Shown here: positions 19,905 through 29,250 of the stretch, piece by piece
Layout: every line of letters begins with the position of its first letter
How positions within the stretch are numbered: position 1 is the stretch's first letter
NCBI GenBank assembly: GCA_963677595.1
Contig: OY782041.1
Span: forward strand, 3,072,001-3,136,000
DNA: 64,000 bases
Source of the DNA: Spirochaetia bacterium
GTDB lineage: Bacteria > Spirochaetota > Spirochaetia > CAKZLE01
Direction: 5' to 3'
The notes under the pieces: generated by a model
Seen by the model: the letters and a program-made list of their open reading frames with translations, nothing else
What the model was told of the DNA's origin: nothing
Databases searched by the model: none
Made by a program: the position numbers and the translations under genes

Positions 19905-21467
19905 ATGCGCCCGAATATCCTGCACCTGTTCACTGATATGCAGCGCTTTGATACGATTCATGCACTCGGAAATCCGGTGATCAGGACACCGAACCTTGAT
20001 CGTCTCTGCTCGGAGGGTGTCGCGTTCACCCAGGCTTTCTCTCCCTCGCCTGTCTGCATCTCTGCCAGGTGCAGCATGATCACGGGGCAGTATCCAATGC
20101 ACACGGGCTGTTATGAGAACACACTCATGCCGGTAGACGGCAGGACGACCTTCATGGGCGAACTGCATGACCATGGGTATGATACCCACGGGATCGGCAA
20201 GTGCCATTTCACCCCTGATAGGTTCGCCCTGCGGGGGTTTGATGCACGGGAGGTCCAGGAAGAAGGTGCGGAGAGCATCGAGAACCTGGACAGGCATCAT
20301 TACCTGCAGTACCTGCGAGACAGGTCCTATACCCATATATCCGAACCTCATGGGATCCGGGGGGAGATGTACTATATCCCGCAGCCCAGCCAGCTGCCCC
20401 AGGAGGACCACCCGACAACCTGGGTTGGGGACAGAACGATAGAGTTCCTTGGTCAGGAGCATGTGCAGCCCTGGTACCTCTTTTCCAGTTTCATTCATCC
20501 GCATCCCCCGTTCACACCCCCAGTCCCCTGGCACAAGCTGTACCGTTCGGCGCAGATGCCCGATCCTGATACCCCTGAAGACTCTGAAGAACTGCTGACC
20601 TTCGTCAACAGGATCCAGAACAGGTATAAGTATGGGGACCAGGGAGCCAACCGTTACCTGATCAGGTCCATGAAAGCGTATTACTATGCCTGCATCTCCT
20701 ATGTGGATTACCAGATCGGCAGGATACTTCAGACGCTCGAGTCTTCCGGTCAGCTCGACTCCACGCTCATCCTCTTCTCCTCCGACCATGGAGAACTCCT
20801 CGGTGACTATCATTCATTCGGGAAACGCAGTATGCATGATGCAAGCTCCCGGATCCCGATGATCCTTCAGTATCCCGGACGGTTCGAAGGAGGGAGAACC
20901 TGCGATACCCCGGTCTCCCTGGTTGATATCGCCCCTACCTTCCTCGCTGCAGCTGGGTGTGATGAAAGAAGCGTTTCAACACACCCGCTCGATGGGAAGG
21001 ATATGTACAAGATCCTTACAGGAGAAGAAACCCGTGAGACAGTGTTCTCCCAACTCTCCTATGAATGTGTCATGGCAGAACGGGGGATTAATCCAGCCCA
21101 GAGACATGTGCTGCAAGCCCCGGATGCCCATGCTCACCTCTCTACCTATATGGCAGTCACGAGGGAATGGAAATACATCTATAGTGCTGCAGATGACAAA
21201 GAGTTCCTGTTTGACAGGCGTAAGGACCCGAAGGAACATCGGAACCTCGCAGAGGTGGAGCTCTGTCAGGATGTGAAGCATACCATGAAGCGCAGACTGA
21301 CAGCACACCTGACAGAAGGCGGGGAGACATACGGGCTGACGGGCACAGGGGAGTGGAAGTCCTTCCCTAAACTGGAAATCAACAGCGATCCGTATGCTGG
21401 TCTCCTTATACAGGACGACTATACCCCATGGGCAGACATGAGCCTTCCCAAAGAGTATGGTGATTGA
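19905..21467 (+). CDS. Sulfatase (S1 family, CISAR variant signature)
   Basis: RPNILHLFTD, SPVCISARCSMITG, GKCH, HPHPP, SSDHGE; strong AAGGAGG RBS. Confidence 0.9.
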   Translation: MRPNILHLFTDMQRFDTIHALGNPVIRTPNLDRLCSEGVAFTQAFSPSPVCISARCSMITGQYPMHTGCYENTLMPVDGRTTFMGELHDHGYDTHGIGKCHFTPDRFALRGFDAREVQEEGAESIENLDRHHYLQYLRDRSYTHISEPHGIRGEMYYIPQPSQLPQEDHPTTWVGDRTIEFLGQEHVQPWYLFSSFIHPHPPFTPPVPWHKLYRSAQMPDPDTPEDSEELLTFVNRIQNRYKYGDQGANRYLIRSMKAYYYACISYVDYQIGRILQTLESSGQLDSTLILFSSDHGELLGDYHSFGKRSMHDASSRIPMILQYPGRFEGGRTCDTPVSLVDIAPTFLAAAGCDERSVSTHPLDGKDMYKILTGEETRETVFSQLSYECVMAERGINPAQRHVLQAPDAHAHLSTYMAVTREWKYIYSAADDKEFLFDRRKDPKEHRNLAEVELCQDVKHTMKRRLTAHLTEGGETYGLTGTGEWKSFPKLEINSDPYAGLLIQDDYTPWADMSLPKEYGD

Positions 21468-21599
21468 ATGAGAACGCACAAGCGATCAAGATGCCTCCTG
21501 ACCAGTACACACCCATAGCCCATTGATACGGGGAGCACGGCCTGTTCTGTTATATGTATCCAATAACTTATTGAATCCGTATAACAGGACAATATGCTT

Positions 21600-22220
21600 T
21601 CATCCGGATATCTCTGATTATCCATGAACCACACCAAGATCCCAATACCCAGAAGAACATAACCATCACTTTATCATACAAGACCCATACACACAGAAGA
21701 GGTTTGGGAAGAGGGGGATCCCCTCCTTCCCCGGGGAGACCACATCAGCAGCTGTCTAGGATGAGTCCAGGAGATGGATGGGGGGGCTTTCAATATAGCT
21801 GGAGGTGACGGGGTGGTTGGTGGTGCGACTCATAAATCAACTGGAGGTGATGGGTAAGCTGGAAGTAAACCAGGGTGGCTGGAAGTAACGGGTAGGCTGG
21901 AAGTGATGGAACGGCAGGAAGTGATGGAACAGCAGGAAGTGATGGAACAGCAGGTATTGACGGATCAGCTGGAAGTCTTCGGGTGGGAGTTCTTCCCAAT
22001 GAAGCAGTCTCGTCGTGTCGGGGAAAGGAGAGTCGGTGGTAATGATGCCCAATGGCGTGGGATATGGTGGTAATAGATGGGCCTGGGGTGGGAATTGATG
22101 GTAATTGATGCGAACGGGGTGGGGAAGATACCCAGGGAATCCTGGAAGGTGTGGGAATGTGTGCAGCAACCAGGATTCCCACACTCCCCGCATGAACATT
22201 CTTCGGTATACCGGAACCAG
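21600..22220. repeat. Non-coding degenerate repeat, copy 1, with an internal GC(T/A)GGAAGT tandem array
   Basis: Shares blocks with 24262-24600 (e.g. GACC.ATACACACAGAAGAG, CCACATC.GCAG.TGTC, GGGGTGGT..GGTGCG); about 9 GCTGGAAGT-like units at 21798-21976, mostly 18-20 nt apart. Confidence 0.7.
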
Positions 22221-22364
22221 CGATATGAACATGTTCCGGACGATTTTGATTGTGAAATTTAAATATATGCCCGTATAATTACACAGGATCTGATCCTTAG
22301 CTTCTTACCGTATATATCCGTACCCACCTGTTCTTGAAATACATAGGGTTCTCATGTAAAGGGA

Positions 22365-24125
22365 GTGACACAGATGCATAACAAAAAGTTAGTCGTAGTC
22401 CCGGTAGTGTTGATAGTCTTGATGATGCTGCTCTCCTGCAGCATGGGAGATCCGGTCGACCCGGTCGACCCAGTGCGGGCAGCATTGGAAGAAATGATAG
22501 CGAACGGAGAGGATGTCACCACATTCGACACATCAGCGATCACTGATATGTCGTACCTGTTTAACAACAAGAGCACCTTTAACCAGGACATCTCAGGCTG
22601 GGATGTCAGCAATGTCACCGACATGACTGGGATGTTCTTTGGGGCTTCCTCCTTCGATCAGGATATATCATCCTGGGATGTGGGCAATGTCACCGATATG
22701 ACCTATATGTTCTATAACGCAAGAGCCTTCAACCAGGACCTGACAGGCTGGGATGTAGGCAGTGTCACTACGATGAACAATATGTTCGGCTATGCGACCG
22801 CCTTCAATGGCGATATATCAGGATGGAATGTAAGCAGCGTGACCGATATGACTGCCATGTTCTATGGAGCTTCAGCCTTCAACGGGGATATATCATCCTG
22901 GGATGTGAGTAATGTCACTACGATGAGCAGTATGTTCGTCAATGCTGATAGCTTCAACCAGGACCTGCATACCTGGGATGTGAGCCATGTCACCGATATG
23001 AACGCCATGTTCTATTTGGCAGATACCTTCAACGGCGATATAACAGGCTGGGATGTCAGCAGTGTCGGGGACATGGGGTATATGTTCAGCAGTGCACCAG
23101 CCTTTGACCAGGATATATCATCCTGGGATGTAAGCAGTGTCACCAGCATGACTGCCATGTTTAAGCAGGCAACTGCCTTCAACCAGGGCTTACATACCTG
23201 GGATGTCGGCAGTGTCCAGACCATGGCAGGCATGTTCGAAGGGGCAGCTGCCTTCAATGGGAATATATCCACCTGGGATGTGGCACAGGTCACCGACATG
23301 AGCAGGATATTCTCTGGTGCTTCTGTGTTCAATGGCGATATCTCAGCCTGGGACGTCAGCCAGGTCACGAACATGACAACTATGTTCTGTAATGCAGCTG
23401 CCTTCAACCAGGACTTGAATGGCTGGAACGTAGGCAGTGTTACCAACATGAGTTCCATGTTCAGCGGTGCCGCTGTGTTCAACGGCAATATATCCAGCTG
23501 GAATACAGGCAGTGTAACTGCCATGAATACCATGTTCGATTCTGCTGTTGTATTCGACCAGGATATCTCAGGCTGGGATGTCAGTACGGTCACGAACATG
23601 AGTAGTATGTTCAAGGAAGCCAGAGCCTTCAACCAGGATATCTCAGATTGGAATGTCAGTAACGTCACGAACATAAGCGGCATGTTCAATGCGGCCACGT
23701 CCTTCAGCCAGGACCTGAATACCTGGGATGTGAGCCATGTCACCGACATGTCTTCCATGTTTGCAGGAGCATATGCCTTCAACGGGAACATCACCACCTG
23801 GGATATCAGCTGGGTCGGGAATATGAGCAAGATGTTCTCAGGAGCTACCACCTTCAACCAGGACATCTCAGTCTGGACTATTACCCGTGTCACGAATATG
23901 AGCGAGATGTTCCGGAATGCTACATCCTTCAACCAGGATGTATCAGTATGGCAGATCGGCAGTGTCAACGATGTGACCAGAATGTTCTCAGGTGCTACAT
24001 CCTTCAGCCAGGACCTCACCCCCTGGGCCGACTGTGTATTTGAGTATATCAGTCATTACGCCTTCGGTGAGAACAGTGGATTATCCACCGACCAATTCCC
24101 GTACTCAAGCTGGGCACAAACCTGA
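22365..24125 (+). CDS. BspA-family / DUF285 repeat surface lipoprotein
   Basis: Lipobox LLSC; about 20 tandem 25-aa repeats FNQDISxWDVSxVTxMxxMF; true start may be the ATG at 22374. Confidence 0.92.
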   Translation: MTQMHNKKLVVVPVVLIVLMMLLSCSMGDPVDPVDPVRAALEEMIANGEDVTTFDTSAITDMSYLFNNKSTFNQDISGWDVSNVTDMTGMFFGASSFDQDISSWDVGNVTDMTYMFYNARAFNQDLTGWDVGSVTTMNNMFGYATAFNGDISGWNVSSVTDMTAMFYGASAFNGDISSWDVSNVTTMSSMFVNADSFNQDLHTWDVSHVTDMNAMFYLADTFNGDITGWDVSSVGDMGYMFSSAPAFDQDISSWDVSSVTSMTAMFKQATAFNQGLHTWDVGSVQTMAGMFEGAAAFNGNISTWDVAQVTDMSRIFSGASVFNGDISAWDVSQVTNMTTMFCNAAAFNQDLNGWNVGSVTNMSSMFSGAAVFNGNISSWNTGSVTAMNTMFDSAVVFDQDISGWDVSTVTNMSSMFKEARAFNQDISDWNVSNVTNISGMFNAATSFSQDLNTWDVSHVTDMSSMFAGAYAFNGNITTWDISWVGNMSKMFSGATTFNQDISVWTITRVTNMSEMFRNATSFNQDVSVWQIGSVNDVTRMFSGATSFSQDLTPWADCVFEYISHYAFGENSGLSTDQFPYSSWAQT

Positions 24126-24261
24126 CCCATAAGTGACAGGATCCCAAGACAGTCCAGAGAGGCAGAAAGATACCCGCCCACCACACAAACCGAGAAGATG
24201 CATGCACCGCATCTCCTCGGCAGTAAAACCCTCACATAAGGGATAAGGGGATAACAGACGA

Positions 24262-24600
24262 TCCTCACCGGGTATCTCCTTAGATCCATGAAACTGCCCA
24301 AGCTCCCCATAACTATGAACATCATAACCGTCACGTTACAAAATAAGACCAATACACACAGAAGAGAGGTTGGGGAAGGGGGGAGAGCATAGTCTGCCGA
24401 CCCGGGAAGGCCACATCTGCAGATGTCGGGGGTTGACCACGGGGTGGTGGTGCGTCCAGAGCATAGCAGCTGGAAGTGAGGGGAAAGCTGGAAGGAAACC
24501 GGACCGCTGGAAGTGATGGGCCAGTAGTTCATTCAGGAAAGATTCAGACTTCATGCAGTGGCTTTCCCCCACTCCCTGGAACCGCATACCCGGAACGTGA
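24262..24600. repeat. Non-coding degenerate repeat, copy 2
   Basis: Colinear similarity to 21600-22220; three GCTGGAAG units at 24469, 24487 and 24506. Confidence 0.65.
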
Positions 24601-25034
24601 TAACCCACAGAAGGGTAAAAAGCTTTTCTAAAACCGTTGAAGCAATACGAATTAATGCTAGTGAGGTTGTGGAAAGGTGCTTATCCCAGGGCACCGAGCT
24701 TGGTTGAAATCGACATGCTTCATTTGGTATTAGGATTGGTATACCCACATTATATATGTCCCACTACCCGATGATGGTATGTTTGGAGTAAAGATTTACC
24801 TTATCACGCAGTTAATTTTTACAAAACAGTAAGATCTGTCAAAATCGAGGAAATTTTTTTATGATTTTTGAGATTATGCTTGTAATGTGGGAGATGATGC
24901 GTTATGGTTGATTATAGTACTTGTACAACTTCAGGATGAACTAGAAAAGAGATCAACTGCATATCACCTGCTGGATCAACAGTAGGGATTAAAGGCTGAT
25001 TTTCTAACATGAATGCACCAAAAAGGAGTTGCGT

Positions 25035-25753
25035 ATGAGTGCTATAGGTCTTATCGGTGGTCTGAACATGGACCACGACATTTGGTTCTACCAAAACCTG
25101 ATCCACACAATCGAAGAAATAAGTGAGAACAGCCCTGCTATCTACCTGTTCGGGGGTGAGAACGGTATCTTCAGCAGTGCCAGGCACAGGACAACTATGC
25201 AAGTCTCGAAGATCATTATTCGAAGACTGTGATAACGGCTTTTCATACAGGTGTCGATCGCCTGATCATCATCAATGATCTCATGCACAGTAAGCTCCAT
25301 AAGATTACCGTAGGTGTTGGCGTCCCTGTAATATCCTTGACAGATGCCATCCAGGCATTCGCCCGTAAGGAGCAGATAGAGAGGATGGCAGTACTCTGCC
25401 ATTACTCTCCTGATCTGTATTCCCATTACCAGGGTGTCAAGGGCTGCCATATGGAGCTTTGCAACAGGGAAGAGGCTGCAGAGCTGAACACCCAGTTCTC
25501 AGGTTCCCCGAACCTCTTTGACGAATCACATACCAGCGTACAAATCATGCATGATATTCTCAGTCGCTGCAGGCAGGATGGGGTGAAGCATGTCCTGCTC
25601 ACCAGCCCTGAACTCGTCTACCTGCTACCCGAAGATACTGATGATCTGGCTATATACTGCAGTGACGAGATTCATATGCAGTACGCTGCAGAAGCCTGCC
25701 TGGCCTGCATGCAGCAGGACGTAAACACCAGTCACAACGTAAGGGCGCAGTAA
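25035..25753 (+). pseudogene. Aspartate/glutamate racemase-like gene, frameshifted near 25157-25190 and lacking both catalytic Cys
   Basis: N-terminus MSAIGLIGGL (AAGGAG RBS) resembles the racemase IGLIGG motif; the other frame continues ...QDNYASLEDHYSKTVITAFHTGVDRLIIINDLMH...VPVISL...GVKHVLLTSPEL, matching the family layout. Confidence 0.6.
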
Positions 25754-25857
25754 ATAGAGGTTTGGGATAACATAGGATGGAAAAGAACAACAGGAACATG
25801 ATGCAACAAGTCCTCAATACCCAGACAGTGGTGGTGTGTAGCCTAAACGTAGTAACC

Positions 25858-27520
25858 AACCTCGTAGAGGTTGAGGTGGGGAAAATCCACCGCGAATAGA
25901 TTTCTTTTTTTGTCCCTCCGGGCCCGCCCGGCGTATGACTACAACAAAAATAACATAAGTTCTGCTTGTTGGGCGGGTCCGTTATTTACCAGAGGGATGA
26001 GAGAGAAGAAGAGAAGGATATCAGCGATATCAATAACGAACGATACCGCTGATAATAGACCAGGAGATACAGCCTTGTTAAGGTTGTCGTGGCTTAGTAA
26101 TAGGTCACATATAGTATCCTCCATGTGTTTTCAAGGGCCTGCCCTGGCTTAACATAATCCTGATAAGAGTACTTACAGGGCGGGTCCGGTTCTTTCCGGA
26201 GAATGAAAACAGGAGGTCGAAGGTATGCTGCCGGAGGTCAGGGTACTGAGTTCTTAAGGCAGCAGGGATCGTAGCGGAAACGCTATGCCTCTGTTGTGGG
26301 AGTTAGCGTGAATCAGCCTTTTCAAGGCTGTTGTGATTCTTTGTAGATCACACATAGTTTACTCCATTTTTTCCGGACCCGCCCTGATTTTACACATTCT
26401 GAAGTTAGGGTACGTACGGGGTGGGTCCGGTTTCTTTCTCTCGAATATGTGATGCTGAGGAGGTATGAGAACAGGCTCTCTGGCAGACAGGGCGATGAAT
26501 AAATGAGGGCATTGGCCTTTTGTCAGGTGAAGAAGAGCTGTTGATATACAGGTGGTTCTTGTCTACAGGGGACCATCGGAATGGATGCTACAGATGAATT
26601 GCAGTATCCATTCTTGAGTCCGTCCCACTTCCATTGAGACGAGCGCATGTTTTACCAATGGGACGGGCTCTTCTTTCTTCATGTAATTCGTGATGTAAGC
26701 ATGATGCAGCTGTAGGGCTGGGATGTGTCATGTGTAAGATGATCAGCCTGAAAACAGGAGAGTTCCCGTTACGATCTTATATGATCACATACGGGATAAG
26801 GAGTGTAAGGTACATATGCATGCATACAGCAGGGGAGGACGATATCCCCGGAATATGTGTCTGAAGAGGATGCCGGAGAAATTCAGTTACCACTGATGAG
26901 TATCCTGAATATTGGAGTCGACCTCGTTGAGGCCGAGGTGGGAGATACCCACCACGTATAGATTTCTTTTTTGTCCCTCCGGGTCCGCCCGGCGTATATC
27001 AGAAACCAAAAACAAACGTTCTGCTAGTTGGGTGGACCCGTTATTTACTGGAGGGAAGAGAAAGAAAAGAAGGGAAGGGATATCAGCAGTACCTGTTGAG
27101 GATACTGCTGATGCATGAACAGGAGCTTACAGCTTTGGTAAGGCTGTAGTGACTTGTAGGTCACACATAGTTACTCTCCATTTTTCGAGCCCGCCCGATA
27201 TTGATCAACCTGCATTCGTGATACTTGCAGGGCGGGCTCGTTTTCTTACCGGAGCATACACTATGAAGGCAGGAGAACAGGCTCTTTGGCAATCAGGGCG
27301 ATGAATAGAATGAGGGCATTGGCCTTTTTGCCAGGTGAGGGAAGAGTCATATGAATATATAAGGTGGTCCGGCGATACCATATCGTGGGACCATCGGGGG
27401 TAGATCCAGGCGGGTATCCTCCTATGATGAAGCCTGCGAAATATCCTTTTGGGCCCGTCCCGTCCCCCTATTGAGACTAGCATATGCTTAACCCTCGGGA
27501 CGGGCCCATCTTCTTTTTCT
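25858..27520 (+). repeat. Diverged internal duplication within the hairpin array
   Basis: 25858-26130 resembles 26921-27185, and 26467-26680 resembles 27274-27520 (e.g. ACCTCGT.GAGG..GAGGTGGG, TAGATTTCTTTTTT(T)GTCCCTCCGGG, GAGAACAGGCTCT.TGGCA, ATGAGGGCATTGGCCTTTT). Confidence 0.85.
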
Positions 27521-27620
27521 ACTGCATGCATACCATAGCTGCAGGGGTAGGGAGCAGATGGTAAAAACCTGCAGCATGGAAATGAGGAGTGATGAGGAAA
27601 GGCATAGATGGAGATAACAA

Positions 27621-27956
27621 ATGGTGAAGATAACCAGTGAACTTATGACATCTCTGTCAGGGTGCTCACGGGAAGAACTGAGCACCCTGGTAGAACAGGA
27701 CGGATATGATTACCTGAACTGCATGAAGGACTATATTCCCTCCTTCGAGCATATGAAGGAGAAGTTCTCCATCCTCGCATACCTGATCCTAGAAGACCGG
27801 ATGTATGCCTATAACCCGGATGTGCAGGAGCTGTACAGAAGACTGCTTGCGATCCAGGATGCGGCACAGGAGATCACCGATGCCCTGAAGGGCATTATCA
27901 CCCATGCCGACGTACTCACTGAAGCCCGGCTTCAGGAGCTGTCGGTGCATGAATAG
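27621..27956 (+). CDS. Hypothetical small acidic helical protein (paralog A)
   Basis: 111-aa ORF, GGAG RBS, followed by a 17-nt palindrome and an array hairpin. Confidence 0.7.
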   Translation: MVKITSELMTSLSGCSREELSTLVEQDGYDYLNCMKDYIPSFEHMKEKFSILAYLILEDRMYAYNPDVQELYRRLLAIQDAAQEITDALKGIITHADVLTEARLQELSVHE

Positions 27957-28198
27957 TTGAATACAGCCCTGTTAGGGCTGGGTAATACAATGTTTCCAAC
28001 CTTTGTTTCGGGCCTGCCCGAGAAAGCAAGTACCTGGAGTTATTGATCATCCGGGCAGGCTCGTTTCTTTAACAAGAGAGGAACGTGGAAACAATGAATG
28101 TAGAGTTGGTTAGATCGCAGGTGTCTGCGATCTAGAGGAACAGAGATGCCGTTGATACTCACACGATGCGTATCAGCGGATAGGGAAGAGTTGTGTGT

Positions 28199-28531
28199 AT
28201 GAAATTGGAATTGAGGACTGACTTTCAGTTACTGCAGGTAATGCAGTTGGAGGAACCCGAAAAGAATCTACAGGAAGAATTGGATCATGCAATGGAAGAT
28301 CTTAAAGATATGAGTGAGATCTATGACATGATGGTAGAGATGGTCACGAGTCTTGCGGTCCCGCAGAACGAAGAACAATCTTACGAATTCGATGAGGATA
28401 TGGATTATATATTCGAAAGCCTTGATGCCGTCTCACAGTTGACTTTGAAAGTCCGGTATGAGCTTGTAGACATCATACATGCAGCTTATAGGTTCAGTGC
28501 GTCTATGGCTAATAGAAATAGGTGCCAATAA
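28199..28531 (+). CDS. Hypothetical small acidic helical protein (paralog B)
   Basis: 110-aa ORF from MKLELR, very acidic, followed directly by an array hairpin. Confidence 0.65.
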   Translation: MKLELRTDFQLLQVMQLEEPEKNLQEELDHAMEDLKDMSEIYDMMVEMVTSLAVPQNEEQSYEFDEDMDYIFESLDAVSQLTLKVRYELVDIIHAAYRFSASMANRNRCQ

Positions 28532-28929
28532 ATATATGTGTAGTAACGGGTTCACCCGATCGTATGCCCGATTCTAAGAAAGTACAAGTATGTTGTTCAT
28601 ATCGGGTGAACCCGTTCTTCTTCTTGTGAAGGAATGGAAGGTAAAGGCTGAAGATATTATTTTTATGAATGAATGGAGGTGTATGTATAGAAGAACTGAA
28701 TCCTGTCGATGGATGGACCTGGGAACATATAGTCGGTCTGTCATTATGGAGAGGAATCACTTAGGGCCCGTTTCCGTCTAAACCTATTAAAAGTTGTACA
28801 AGGACACATAATGGGGACGGGCCTGTTTTTTAAGATTGCCTGGTCCTCTGTACCCTTGCTGCCGATACGGATCAACAGCGGTACATGGAGAGAGCAAATA
28901 GAGAAGAATATTAGTAGGAGTTAGGAAAT

Positions 28930-29250
28930 ATGAAGATCGATGCATTGATGTTGGCAAAATTACGTATTGAGCAAGCGAACGCTGTCGGTGGGAAGGTTAG
29001 TATCAAGGCAGGAAATACCCTTCAAAGTATGATATTTCTCCTGCCGCGCTGCGGCCGGGTAAATCAGTACGTAGGAGTACTCTCGGATTTGGTGTTCTCG
29101 AACCCTGAATTCGAGTGTGATACAGAAGCCCTGCAGCAGGAGCTGAATAAGAGCTTTGATGTTCTGCAGGTCGCAACCGATATGATGGATAATGCGCTGA
29201 CGAAGATTGAGACCCTGGCTGAACGTTATTTCGATCCTGAGCTGTTATAA
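28930..29250 (+). CDS. Hypothetical small helical protein (paralog C)
   Basis: 106-aa ORF, AGGAG RBS, followed by an array hairpin. Confidence 0.7.
   Translation: MKIDALMLAKLRIEQANAVGGKVSIKAGNTLQSMIFLLPRCGRVNQYVGVLSDLVFSNPEFECDTEALQQELNKSFDVLQVATDMMDNALTKIETLAERYFDPELL

Noticed and set aside
19869-24019. Long antisense ORFs (19869-20813, 23012-24019; similarly 6786-7481, 11186-11824, 31155-31844)
   Set aside because: Shadows of well-supported genes on the opposite strand, explained by codon bias or repeat structure.
22500-24030. BspA repeats as a DGR template/variable region or CRISPR-like array
   Set aside because: They are 75-nt coding repeats of DUF285; no reverse transcriptase and no adenine-specific TR/VR pair seen.
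25871-27531. Short ORFs in the duplicated part of the array (e.g. 25871-26152, 25939-26124, 26912-27118) as genes or type I toxins
   Set aside because: Frames and stops are not conserved between the duplicated copies and no convincing hydrophobic toxin peptide is shared.
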